Below, one piece after another: positions 22,887-32,892 of a stretch of DNA of 64,000 nucleotides (its first letter is position 1; every line of letters begins with the position of its first letter). The stretch spans positions 288,001-352,000 of the forward strand of contig CAWJPJ010000006.1 in NCBI GenBank assembly GCA_963844715.1. The letters run 5' to 3'. The translations under genes were made by a program, and so were the position numbers. Source of the DNA: an uncultured Phycisphaerales bacterium. Lineage in GTDB: Bacteria; Planctomycetota; Phycisphaerae; Tepidisphaerales; Tepidisphaeraceae. A model generated the notes under the pieces. It saw nothing but the letters and a program-made list of their open reading frames with translations, was not told the DNA's origin and did not search any database.

Positions 22887-24560
22887 ATGTCCGAAGCCTC
22901 CCTGATGGAACAAATCGTCTCCCTCGCCAAACGCCGAGGCTTCGTCTACCCCGCCAGCGAAATCTACGGCGGCATCAACGGCTTCTGGGATTACGGGCCC
23001 CTAGGCGTCCTCCTCAAAAACAACATTCGAGATTCGTGGTGGCGCGAAATGGTCGAGTGTCCACCCATCGGACCAGATGGTCATCCGATCGATATGGTCG
23101 GGATTGATACGGCGATCATCCAAAATCCCAAGACATGGGTCGCCAGCGGACATGCCGCAGGCTTCAGCGACCCAATGGTGGATGATAAGGAAACGAAGCA
23201 ACGGTTCCGCGCCGATCAATTGTATGGGGCATACCAGGGTCGAGAAAATGACCCGCAACTACTGCTGCAAATCGGGGCTGGCGATCTGATGCCCGTGTTC
23301 ACGTTTGTCGCCACTGGTGCGTCAGAGGCTACTGCTGGGCTTATTAATGCGCATCGGCACGGCAACAAGATGATGCTTGAGAAGGGCGAGGTGAATCTTT
23401 CCCTGGGTCTGCCCACGACCCAGGTAACATTGCGAAATATAAAAACGGGCGAGGCCGAGACGTGGTGGCTGGTTGGAATTCCACTCAAATTCATAGAGGA
23501 GCATTACGGAAGCCTCCCAAGTCCCTTTAATCAAAAGAAGGGAACGCTCACGGCACCACGAGCATTCAACCTCATGTTCATTACCTACGTGGGGGCCATA
23601 CAAAATGAGGAATCAAAAGCTTATCTCCGTCCCGAAACGGCTCAGGGGATTTTTCTTAATTTCAAAAACGTCATCGACACGACGCGCGTGCGGGTTCCGT
23701 TTGGCGTGGCGCAGATTGGGAAAAGCTTTCGCAACGAAGTGACGCCGCGGAATTTCATTTTTCGGTCTCGGGAATTCGAGCAGATGGAGATGGAATTCTT
23801 CTGTCATCCGGACGAATCCGCGAAATGGTACGAATTTTGGAAAGATCAGCGCATGAAATGGTGGCGGTCGCTGGGAGTGGCCGAGGGCAATTTGCGCTTT
23901 CGCGATCATGCGAAAGACGAACTGAGCCATTATTCGAAGATGACGGTGGATATCGAATACAAATATCCGTTCACCGCGCCCGATTTTGGGGAACTTGAAG
24001 GGATCGCGCATCGCGGCGAATTTGATCTCACTCAGCATTCCAAACACTCGGGGCAAAAACTCGATTATTTCGATCAGGAGTTGCAGCTGAAACTCAAAGA
24101 GCAGGGGGCCGCCGAAGGTGTGATCAAGGCGAAGAGCCGATACATTCCCAACGTGATTGAGCCCGCCAGCGGGCTTACGCGCGCGGTTTTGGTTTTGTTG
24201 TGCGAGGCGTATACGCCGGATGAATCGCGGCCGAGCAAGATGTTCATGAAATTCAAGCCGCAGTTCGCCCCGATCAAATTGGGGATATTTCCGCTGGTGA
24301 ATAAGGACGGAATGCCTGAAATTGCCGAAAAGCTGTACCTCGACCTGCGGCGGCATTTTACGTGCGAATTTGACGCCAAACAGTCGATTGGCAAGCGTTA
24401 TGCCCGTATGGACGAAATTGGAGCGCCATTCTGTCTCACCATCGACGGGCAGACGCTTCAGGACCAAACAGTCACCGTGCGGCACCGCGATTCCATGACG
24501 CAGGAACGAATCTCCATCGATCAATGCAAAACCTACCTTTTAGAGCATTTCCCAAATTAA
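22887..24560 (+). CDS. glyQS: Glycine--tRNA ligase, alpha2 type; last four codons supplied by IS630
   Basis: DYGPLG, LRPETAQGIF, FRNE..FRSREFEQMEME, IGKRYARMDEIG. Confidence 0.96.
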   Translation: MSEASLMEQIVSLAKRRGFVYPASEIYGGINGFWDYGPLGVLLKNNIRDSWWREMVECPPIGPDGHPIDMVGIDTAIIQNPKTWVASGHAAGFSDPMVDDKETKQRFRADQLYGAYQGRENDPQLLLQIGAGDLMPVFTFVATGASEATAGLINAHRHGNKMMLEKGEVNLSLGLPTTQVTLRNIKTGEAETWWLVGIPLKFIEEHYGSLPSPFNQKKGTLTAPRAFNLMFITYVGAIQNEESKAYLRPETAQGIFLNFKNVIDTTRVRVPFGVAQIGKSFRNEVTPRNFIFRSREFEQMEMEFFCHPDESAKWYEFWKDQRMKWWRSLGVAEGNLRFRDHAKDELSHYSKMTVDIEYKYPFTAPDFGELEGIAHRGEFDLTQHSKHSGQKLDYFDQELQLKLKEQGAAEGVIKAKSRYIPNVIEPASGLTRAVLVLLCEAYTPDESRPSKMFMKFKPQFAPIKLGIFPLVNKDGMPEIAEKLYLDLRRHFTCEFDAKQSIGKRYARMDEIGAPFCLTIDGQTLQDQTVTVRHRDSMTQERISIDQCKTYLLEHFPN

Positions 24561-25570
24561 ACTAGCGGCTGGCGGTAACCGCAATGGCGGAAAAATCCCG
24601 CGGCATCTTCGGTCGTAACGGCGTCCATTGCCGCGAACACAGCCCGGACCAAGGTGTCGAACGTTCTGGGCTCCGCCGAGCGGATCAGTTGCTTCGCTTT
24701 GCTCCACATCATCTCGATCGGATTCAAATCCGGCGAGTAGGGTGGCAGCAACCACAGTTCGCAGCCGGCGGCTTCGATCAGGCGTCGCACTTCTGAATGT
24801 TTGTGCGGCTGCAAATTGTCCATCACCACGATGTCCCCGCTTCGCAGGCTGGGCACGAGCGCTTCACGCACCCAGGCGACAAAAACATCGCTGTCCATCG
24901 CCCCTTGAACAATCGCGCCGGCGGTCGCGCCGTCGAGCCGAACCGCGGCGATCATGGTGGTCGTGCTCCAGTGTCCGGCCGGGGTCTTGCACAACAACCG
25001 TTCGCCGCGGCCGCACCGGCCACGCAATCGGGTGAAGTTCGTCTTGGCCCCGGATTCATCCACAAAAACAAGACGCTCGGGATCGACGTCCTTCAGCCGC
25101 CGACGCCACTGCGTCCGCGCGGCGGCGACGTCGGGCCGATCCTGCTCGGACGCGTGGAGAGACTTTTTTTAAAGGAGAGGCCCAGCTTCCTGAGCCAACG
25201 GTCGACCGTCGACAGCGACACGTCCAGCGCCAACTTCTCTTTGATCTCGTTGAGCGTGGCATCCGGCCGGGCGGCCACGAACCGACTCAAACGAGTCTTC
25301 AACTCGCCGGTCAACTTCCCCTTGCGGCCACGAAGATGAAGCAGCGGTTCGGCCGTCCCCCGTTCACGTTCATCCTGTCGCACGCGGCGGACGGCCGACT
25401 CGCATCGGCCGAAGATCGCGGAAATCTCCTTCGTGCCTTTGCCGGCACGATACGCCGACATGATCCATCGACGGGTCAGAGCGGTTTGCGATGCCATGGC
25501 AACCTCCTTGTTGAATCGGAGATTAGCAAAACAGCATCGATGGCGCTAGTTTAAAATGGGAAATGCTCTA
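24541..25570 (-). mobile_element. IS630-family insertion sequence, copy 2
   Basis: Same TIRs and identical ORF translations as copy 1, offset 10052 bp, same orientation; transposase 24557-25497. Confidence 0.95.
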
Positions 25571-25571
25571 G

Positions 25572-26946
25572 CAGGACGCTGAAAAACTCGGGAGTTGGCG
25601 CATTTTCCTGTCTGTTGGCCGCTTTTCAATGGCGGGTTCCATCTCGGATCGTTCCAAGGGCTTCAGTTCGTTCGAGTTCGTTGGCGGATTGCATGCCCAG
25701 GTTGAGTTTCACACGGTACTCAGGTTGCGCATCCGGATCAGATTGAACGCCGCCCCGGCCAGGTGGGCCTGCTGGCCGGTTTTTGAATGTCCGATCAACC
25801 GGGTGCGATACAGGCCGCCGATCGTCTTGGCCCAGCCGATCCATTCCTCGATCTTCTTGCGGCAACGCTGGCTGATGGCGTAACCGAGGGTCTTGGCGCA
25901 CCGACGCATCCGCTGGCGGGCCGCGATGTTGGCTCGGTTCTTCCAGCGATAGGCGGCGGTGTCGCCGCCGATCTTGCCCTCCTTCACCGCCACGTGCGGA
26001 CGGATTCTTCTTCGCTCCAGCCCACGCAACAGCGGACCCTGGTCGTACCCCTTGTCGGCCCCAACCGTCTTGGGTTTGAGCCCAAAACGTTTCTTGACCC
26101 GATCGATCAGCGACAACGCGGTGACCGGCTCGCTGTTCTCCAGCGGCGAGTTGACTTCCACCGCCAGCACCAGCCCGTGGCGGTTCTCCACGATCGCGTG
26201 CAGCGCATGGCTGAGCAACGCCGGCTTGCCGTCGCTCTTGCGGACCAGCTTCGCGTCGGAATCGGTGGTTGATTCGTGGGTGTCGTTGGACCGCTTCTGG
26301 CCGTGGAAGTCCACCTCGGCGTTGCGGCCCTTAAAACCGTTGTTATCTCCCGCATCATTGTCTTTTTTGTCCTTTTCATCCCTGGGTTTGAAGCTCTTGA
26401 TCGACGCATACGCCTCGATCAGCGAGCCATCCACCGAGAAGTGGTCGGGGCTGACCAGTCCCGCGGCGATGGCCCGACGCACCGTGCCGTCGAAAAACGC
26501 GCCGATCAGCCCGTGCTCTTCCAGCCGCCCGCGATTGTGCGAGAAGACGGTGGCGTCGAATACCTCTTCGTCGATCCGCAGGTCCAAAAACCAACGGAAC
26601 AGCAGGTCGTGATCAATCCGTTCCACGAGCTGCGCCTCGGAGCGAATCGAATAGATCGATTGCAAAAGCAACGCCTTGATCAGCCGCTCCGGCGGCACGC
26701 TGGGCCGGCCTTCGGCCGCGTAGGCGGCATCAAAACGCCGACTCATGGCCTTCAAGTCTTCATCGACCATGCGCTTCACGGCCCGCAGCGGATGATCAGG
26801 ACGGACGCGTTGTTCCAGATCGATGGCCGCGATGAACAAAATGGATTGGGGATCGGCCTTGCCTCGCATGAATGACCTCCGTGTCTGGGTGTCACACAGT
26901 TCAGCGCCACCGAGAACATTCGTCAAGAGGGTTTTTCAGCGTCCTG
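25572..26946 (-). mobile_element. IS5-family insertion sequence (1375 bp)
   Basis: 16-bp TIRs CAGGACGCTGAAAAAC / GTTTTTCAGCGTCCTG; CTAG duplicated at 25568-25571 and 26947-26950. Confidence 0.93.
25709..26869 (-). CDS. IS5-family DDE transposase
   Basis: DHPLR, GRPSVPPE, FSVDGSLIEA, GADKGY, RKKIEE; GGAGG RBS. Confidence 0.92.
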   Translation of the reverse strand: MRGKADPQSILFIAAIDLEQRVRPDHPLRAVKRMVDEDLKAMSRRFDAAYAAEGRPSVPPERLIKALLLQSIYSIRSEAQLVERIDHDLLFRWFLDLRIDEEVFDATVFSHNRGRLEEHGLIGAFFDGTVRRAIAAGLVSPDHFSVDGSLIEAYASIKSFKPRDEKDKKDNDAGDNNGFKGRNAEVDFHGQKRSNDTHESTTDSDAKLVRKSDGKPALLSHALHAIVENRHGLVLAVEVNSPLENSEPVTALSLIDRVKKRFGLKPKTVGADKGYDQGPLLRGLERRRIRPHVAVKEGKIGGDTAAYRWKNRANIAARQRMRRCAKTLGYAISQRCRKKIEEWIGWAKTIGGLYRTRLIGHSKTGQQAHLAGAAFNLIRMRNLSTV

Positions 26947-27048
26947 CTAGAGCGCCTCCAAGTGTAAAATAGGGGTTGTCGAACCCTTTTCGATTGGGCG
27001 TGGGACGAGACGCAACAATCCGTGCGCTCAAGCGTTTAAGAGTTCGAT

Positions 27049-28195
27049 ATGAGGCGAAGGCGGCTCGATTTGACAGCTCCGCAGCTTCCGACTTCCGATC
27101 AGTTGGATATTCTTGCGTTGGAACCGTTTTACGGCGGGGCCCGCAAGGCGATGCTGGAAACTCTCATCCGGCATAGCCGGCATCGCTGGACGCTTCTCAA
27201 GCTTCCGCCGCGACGAATGGAGCGGCGGCTTACGGCGGCGGCGAATTGGTTCGCCGAGCAACTTTCGCGGCATTGGGTGGGGCGGGTCGATCTCCTCTTT
27301 TGCAGCGAAGCGCTCAATCTGGCGGATTTGGTTCGGCTGCTGCCGGATGTGGAGAAGAAGCCGTCGGTTGTTTACTTCCATGACAATCAACTGCCGGACC
27401 CGCCGCCGGTGAAGATCAGCGCGCGGGATGTGGTGAACCTGGCAACCGCGCAGGTGGCGACGGAACTTTGGTTCAATACGTCCTGGCATTTGAATCACTT
27501 CGCGCGTCGGGCGTCGGCCCTGATGCGGAGACATCCGGATATTTCGACCGACGATCCGGTGCCGCTGATTCTGAGCAAGGCGCGGCTGATGCCGCCGCCG
27601 ATCGATCTGACGGCTACCGGGGATATCTCATCGTTCAGCAATCTCGAGCGGCGGAAGCAGATGATCTTCGTCGAGACGCGCGACACCGATCTGCGGCTGC
27701 TCAACGACGGGCTGCATCTGCTGCGGAATCGCGGGGAGAAATTCGATCTGGTGACGGTGGGGCCGGTGAAGGAATTGTCGGCCGAGTTCGCCCGGACGGC
27801 GCTCCCGGAATGGGACGAATACGCCCACACGGCCGCGATGTTCCAGACGGATGTGTTCCTCAGCGCCCGCCGGGCGGCGACGCTGGATCACAGCGCGGTT
27901 CGGGCGGTCTTCAGCGCATTGCTGGCCGGTGGTTCCGGCGGATGGGTTTTATCCGGAGATCATTCCGGAGAGTCTGCAGGAGCGGTGCCTTTACGATGGG
28001 ACGCCGGATGGGCTGGCGAACTGCATTCAGGATGCGTGGTACATGCAGATGCCGGAGGCGGCGGAGGAGTCCTTGCAGGCTCCTCTGAAGCGGTTTGACG
28101 CGATCTCGAACTGCCTGGCGATGGATGATCGGTTGAGTGAGATAGCCGTGGCGTATGCGATAGCGAACGAGGGGGCGGGGCCGGCGATGGGGTAG
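27049..28195 (+). CDS. DUF3524-domain glycosyltransferase-like protein (frameshift near 27915)
   Basis: ILALEPFYGG, YFHDNQL, LWFNTSWHL, P....YPEII. Confidence 0.7.
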
Positions 28196-28209
28196 GGTCT
28201 GGCTTCGCG

Positions 28210-28286
28210 GGAGGGTGAGAAGGGTTTGAAGGGTGAGAAGGGTGGGAAAGGTGAGAAGGGTGGGGAGGGTGTGAAGGGGTAGGGGG
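28210..28286 (+). repeat. Degenerate 9-bp G-rich tandem repeat (GAAGGGTGA)n
   Basis: About 8 units, nearly all with a GGG tract. Confidence 0.8.
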
Positions 28287-29072
28287 ATGGTTCGCCTTAC
28301 GTTTTCTTACGGAATCTTACACTTTGTTTTGGTTGACGGATTGGGGGTTTTGCGAAGATGGAAAATCCGAATGTCGCCGCGGCGACTCGGAATGACCGAA
28401 TGTGCGAATGGCCGAAGGACTGAGAAAAGAGAGCCGGGGCGTGCGTGTCGGCGCGTGCGCGTCGGCGCGGGCGTTTGTGTAAGAGAGCGGTGAAATGTTT
28501 TTGGGGTGGAGAACATTTTTCGCCAAAAGGTTACACTTTGGTTGTGTTTGGGGGCCTAGGGTGGATAGGTGGGTTGGGAAATCCGAATGTTGAAACCCGA
28601 ATTCCGAATCCCGCCGCGGCGGGTCGCCGCGCGCGACAATGTCGGAATGACCGAGTGGGGGAATAGTTGCGAGTTGCCAGTTGCCAGTTACCAGTGAATG
28701 ACGCGGACGGCGAATTAAACCGCCAAGCACGCCGAGACGCCAAGGGCAGAAGTCAAATCAGGGATTACGCGGATGGGAAAGATTAATGCGGAGACATACA
28801 GACGGAGTGACGAAGTGGTTCAAAGCTTTGCGCGGTACGATTCGCGCGGCCGCAGAGGCCGTGGGCGTGCCGTTAAGCCGGCTGGATTCGGGAGCGCCTG
28901 GGCCGTGCGGCCCGGAAAGAACCAGAGCATTTGGAGATGCATGTGGCATTTTTAGAGCGGCTTTCGGCGCAGGGTTGCTTTGGTGTCTTTGTCGATAAAC
29001 CGGCGCATTCTCCGCCGCTTGTCGGCCATAATCATCAGGTGTACAACAAGAAGCGGAATTTCCATCCACCGC

Positions 29073-29924
29073 ATGTCATTGGGATCATCTGAACTACCTG
29101 CTGTAGACGAGGCCGTGGCCAAGGCCAGGTTCAAAGCAAAAATAAAGCGATGGGACAAATGGGGTACTGGATTCGCATTTTTGGTTTGTGTCGGCCTCGT
29201 TATGGAATATTCGTTGCCTTGGCTGTCAGTACAGGCAAGGTATTGGTTGTCATCGTGGATCACGCATTGGCCATATTTGCATTTGATGCAAATCGCACAT
29301 TTGTTTGTAGCTGGCGGCGTTGCTGGGGAATTGCTCGCGCACTGGAAGCAATCAAATGCGTCAGACGATCTAACCCGTCTGCAGGAAAGAGATTCCGATG
29401 TGTTGAAATTGCAAGTGGCAAAAACAAATCTCGCCATGGAAGAACTGCGCAGGGAAAACCTAAAGCTGAAGGGGGCAATCGCCCCTCGCGGGCTTACCCC
29501 GTCGCAATTTGCATCTCTGAGGGACTTTGCACTTGTGGAGCGATGGCAAGAGATGGATGTTTTGATAATGGGCGGCGTAGGCGAAACGATGGATTTTGCG
29601 CAACTTATCACGATGCCGTTTCGCATCTCTGAATGGGATGTTCGATTCTTTCGCGCTCCTGCGGAAATCAATGAGCGCGGAATCTCAATATACTTCCCTG
29701 TTTGGGCAAAACCCGAGGACGTGAATTCAGCCAGGGACCTTTGTGCGGTATTTAGCTTTATAAATATGCCATGCAAGCCAGCGGCATCGTTTAATGCCGA
29801 CGATAAGAGGGGCGATCCGCTTGGGAAGCATCCGGAGCCGGATAGAATCGCCCCAATAAGAATGATCGTCGGCGAGAAGCCACGCCCAAACCCTACTTCT
29901 GATTCGCCTGCTTCCCCCCAATGA
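29073..29924 (+). CDS. Hypothetical membrane/coiled-coil protein (low GC)
   Basis: Long open frame in an AT-rich patch; two TM segments, then coiled coil and APRGL motif. Confidence 0.65.
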   Translation: MSLGSSELPAVDEAVAKARFKAKIKRWDKWGTGFAFLVCVGLVMEYSLPWLSVQARYWLSSWITHWPYLHLMQIAHLFVAGGVAGELLAHWKQSNASDDLTRLQERDSDVLKLQVAKTNLAMEELRRENLKLKGAIAPRGLTPSQFASLRDFALVERWQEMDVLIMGGVGETMDFAQLITMPFRISEWDVRFFRAPAEINERGISIYFPVWAKPEDVNSARDLCAVFSFINMPCKPAASFNADDKRGDPLGKHPEPDRIAPIRMIVGEKPRPNPTSDSPASPQ

Positions 29925-30128
29925 GCTTTTCGACCGCAGCCAACGCCGTCTGGCTGGCCTCCGGCCTGGGTGTCTTTGGTTTCGATTTCCGTTTCGCGTC
30001 GTTGGCCTCGTCAACTCGCAATTCTCCCCATCCGCGTGCATCTGATTTTCATCTGTGGCAGACATCAAATTTTAGTTCGCCGGCAATTGGCAAATTATTC
30101 GCTGGTTGGAAGTGCTGTTGCGCGGCGG

Positions 30129-30522
30129 CTAGTTCTTCGAGGCGATCCGTTTCAGCGAATCGCAGATCTCGGAGAGCCCATGGAGGACGGCGGCGGAAAC
30201 CAGCGCCGCGAATGCCAGGGGAAGGCGCGTTTCCAGATCACTGGTAAGGGCGGCCGCCGCGAGCAAACTCAACGCGCCCAGGTAAAAAACGATCGCCAGC
30301 ATGCCCAGGACGCCGGCGGCGAGGCTTGAGGGTTCGGAAGCGGGAGTTTGCGGGCGCGTCGGGGAGGGTTCTTCGGCGGGATCCTCGAAACGCAATTCGG
30401 AAACCGGGATGCCCCCGCGCCGAGCGACGGCCATTGCCGCGAGTTCGGATTCGGCGGTGACGACCTGTTCGACGTCGCGGCCGGAATCGCGCGATCGCGC
30501 CTTTCACTCGCCAATTTGCCAT
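30129..30522 (-). CDS. Hypothetical two-TM protein (frameshift near 30495)
   Basis: GGAGG RBS; MANWRVKG joins DSGRDVEQVVTAESELAAMAVARR; two TM helices. Confidence 0.6.
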
Positions 30523-30618
30523 GGGGTTCCTCCCTTGAGGGGTCAAGTGCTTATCGCAGATCTGCTGACCGCAGGTCTGCTGACCGCAGGTCCAATTGTA
30601 CTTTTTACAGGAGTCATC

Positions 30619-31293
30619 ATGCAACAAAAATCTGAAGCGGCCGCCGGGCAGTTTAATTTGAGATTTGAGATTTCAAATTTTGAATCGCTCCTGGCGAGTT
30701 TGGCGGTTTCGATCGTCCTTTGCGCGTTGCCGGCGGGGTGCGCTTCCGCCGTCGGCGTTTCGAAGGTCGAGCAGCAGACGATTCAGGAGAATCATGACAA
30801 GGCGGCGGCGGCGGCGGCGGCCGAGAAGGACGCGGCGGCGCTGAAGTTGCAACAGTTGCAGGAGAAGATCAAACAGGCCGAGGCCAATCCGGCGGGGCAT
30901 CCGATCGAGTTCATGGGCATCGTGGTCTCGAAAATCGAGCCCTGGGTGATCGGCATCTGCATCCTCTCGGCGATCGTCTTTCTCGTCAGCTTCGGATTCC
31001 AGACCTATCTCGGCCCGCTGGCGAATATCGGAATAGTCTGGGGCGAGCGCGTCGGCGTCGTGTCGCTGGCGCTGGCCTCCTCGCTGCCTTTTTTGCCCAA
31101 GGGGTTTTTTGTCGGGGCGGGAATCCTGATCGTCTGGTTCGTCGTGCTGCTGATTCGCGACAAGGGGGACGCGCCCGAGGCAATCGAACAGGAGGAATCG
31201 GAAATTAAATCGGTGGTCGATCCCGGCGCGGGCTCGACCGCAGCACCGGCCCCCACCGCGGCCGCCGCCGCCACCAAAACTCCCACCGCCTGA
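30619..31293 (+). CDS. Hypothetical lipoprotein-like multi-TM protein
   Basis: AGGAG RBS; LPAGC lipobox-like; coiled coil; three TM segments; followed by a terminator. Confidence 0.65.
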   Translation: MQQKSEAAAGQFNLRFEISNFESLLASLAVSIVLCALPAGCASAVGVSKVEQQTIQENHDKAAAAAAAEKDAAALKLQQLQEKIKQAEANPAGHPIEFMGIVVSKIEPWVIGICILSAIVFLVSFGFQTYLGPLANIGIVWGERVGVVSLALASSLPFLPKGFFVGAGILIVWFVVLLIRDKGDAPEAIEQEESEIKSVVDPGAGSTAAPAPTAAAAATKTPTA

Positions 31294-31324
31294 TCCTTTT
31301 GCCTTCCACCCAGGGCGAGGATTG

Positions 31325-31360
31325 AACCCTGCCGGTCGCAAGATCGGTGGGGTTTTTTTT
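31325..31360 (+). terminator. Rho-independent terminator
   Basis: CCCTGCCGGTC-GCAA-GATCGGTGGGG hairpin followed by T8. Confidence 0.8.
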
Positions 31361-31387
31361 GCGCCGAGGTTTGACCGCGGATTGAAT

Positions 31388-31669
31388 TCAAACGGCGGCC
31401 GGCAATCGGGCGCGGGTGACCCGGGCGGCGGCGACGATGATTTGGTGCGCTGTGGGCGGCAGCGATTGCCAATGCTGCACGACCTCGGCCAGCTCGGGGC
31501 CGAGGAAGGTTCGCAAATAAAAGAACGGGCCGCACTGGTTCGGCTCGAGGTCGGCGTCCCGCACCGCCTTGAGCGCGATGTTGCAGAAGTCCTCGAGGCT
31601 GAAGTCCCGGTTCGACCACCAATCGATCAGCTCGGGATCAAAGTAAATGCTCTTCGCGATGCGCGGCAT
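31388..31669 (-). CDS. Small hypothetical protein
   Basis: RHH-like start (KSIYFDPEL); C-terminal PELAEVVQHWQSLP motif. Confidence 0.55.
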   Translation of the reverse strand: MPRIAKSIYFDPELIDWWSNRDFSLEDFCNIALKAVRDADLEPNQCGPFFYLRTFLGPELAEVVQHWQSLPPTAHQIIVAAARVTRARLPAAV

Positions 31670-31976
31670 CCCAACCCTTTGCTGGCGAGAACGACGTGAG
31701 CGGATGTTTTAATGAACCGCGCCCCCTGCCGGGGCAAAAAAAATATTTTCCGACACCCTATAACTCAATCCTCCGACGGCGCGGAGCGGCCGATCGGCGG
31801 ACCGGGCCCGGTTATCGTTTGGCTTGCGGCGGGCGGCGCCATGAAGCTGGAGCGACGCAGCGCGATCCGGGGAAATCGGCATGGTCATGGCGTGAAAGTC
31901 GCTGGGATTTGCGGGCGTTGCCGCGGGCGATATGCTGGCGGCACGGAGTGATGTAAACCATTGTAAAATAATAACT

Positions 31977-32004
31977 TAGTCCTATAATCCATGTTATGTT
32001 AAGC
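31977..32004 (+). other. dif: dif site (XerC/XerD chromosome dimer resolution site)
   Basis: TAGTCCTATAA-TCCATG-TTATGTTAAGC: 11-6-11 layout; XerD arm 9/11 to TTATGTTAAAT; inner ATAA/TTAT; AT-rich intergenic location. Confidence 0.8.
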
Positions 32005-32024
32005 TCGTAGTCTAACCGCGAAAA

Positions 32025-32287
32025 AGGGGGGAATAGTTGCCGGTTGCCAGTTGCGAGTTGCCAGGAAGAGGTTTAACCGCCAAGGGCGCCGAGGACGCCA
32101 AGAGAGGAAGTTGAACCACGGATTTCGCGGATGGGCACGGATGAAAGGCAAAATTCTTTGCGGGCTGTGCGGTAAGACGTCCGTTCGACGAATCACAAAG
32201 CATTTCTCACCGCAGAGAACGCGGAGAACGCGAAATTGAAAGCTGGTTTTGATCCGCATCCGTGCTATCCGTGAAATCCGTGGTTAA
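32025..32287. repeat. Mosaic cluster of REP-like repeats (AGTTGCC heptamers, AACCGCCAAG..GCCAAG family D, family A)
   Basis: Same module order (GGGGGAATAGTTGC..heptamers..AACCGCCAAG) as 28657-28745. Confidence 0.8.
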
Positions 32288-32313
32288 AAATTTTGTGCGG
32301 TACAATGGCGGCC

Positions 32314-32892
32314 ATGCGACTGGCTCGGCGGGTGATGGTTTGGGGATTCGCGTTCATTTCGCTGTTGCTCTTCATCGCGACGGTGGCGGTTTGGATTCGG
32401 AGCTATTGGACTTCTGATTTTGTGTCGGCCACGCGCTTTCGGAGTTGGGAAGCTCAAGCGAGTGGCGGAGAGTTTATGTTTACGACTCGTTTGAAGTACC
32501 CTAGTAACCTGACCCGGAACCTTGTGTGGCCGTACCCGAGTCCTGTGGGACCGCCGCAGGCTGAATTGCCGAGCTGGAGGTTCGTACATTATGCGTTTCC
32601 GGCCAATAGCGTGCTTTTGGGCGGCGGGCCTTCAGGTTTTGGGTTGTCGACGCAAATCAAACTGCCCTTAGGCATCTACGGTGTTCCCAGGCCGAGGACT
32701 TTCGAATACAAGGTAATGCAATTACTGGTGCCCGCATGGAGCATCGCCGTGCTCACTTTCATTGCTCCCGTGTGGTGGATATTCCGGTGGAGTCGCCGGG
32801 GGTTTGGGCCCGGATTGTGTGCGAATTGCGGGTATGACTTGCGGGCTACGCCGGAGAGGTGTCCGGAATGTGGGAAAGAGGTTGGAGATTAG
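32314..32892 (+). CDS. Two-TM membrane protein with C-terminal Zn ribbon
   Basis: W.RSY after the first TM; CANCGYDLRATPERCPECG. Confidence 0.85.
   Translation: MRLARRVMVWGFAFISLLLFIATVAVWIRSYWTSDFVSATRFRSWEAQASGGEFMFTTRLKYPSNLTRNLVWPYPSPVGPPQAELPSWRFVHYAFPANSVLLGGGPSGFGLSTQIKLPLGIYGVPRPRTFEYKVMQLLVPAWSIAVLTFIAPVWWIFRWSRRGFGPGLCANCGYDLRATPERCPECGKEVGD

Noticed and set aside
14489..25570. Composite transposon carrying cargo
   Set aside because: Each copy has its own reconstructable empty site (REP loop; glyQS tail), so these are independent insertions around core genes.
23000..32000. oriC at the skew switch
   Set aside because: No dnaA/dnaN, no cluster of TTATCCACA boxes and no unwinding element seen; a dif-like site is present instead.
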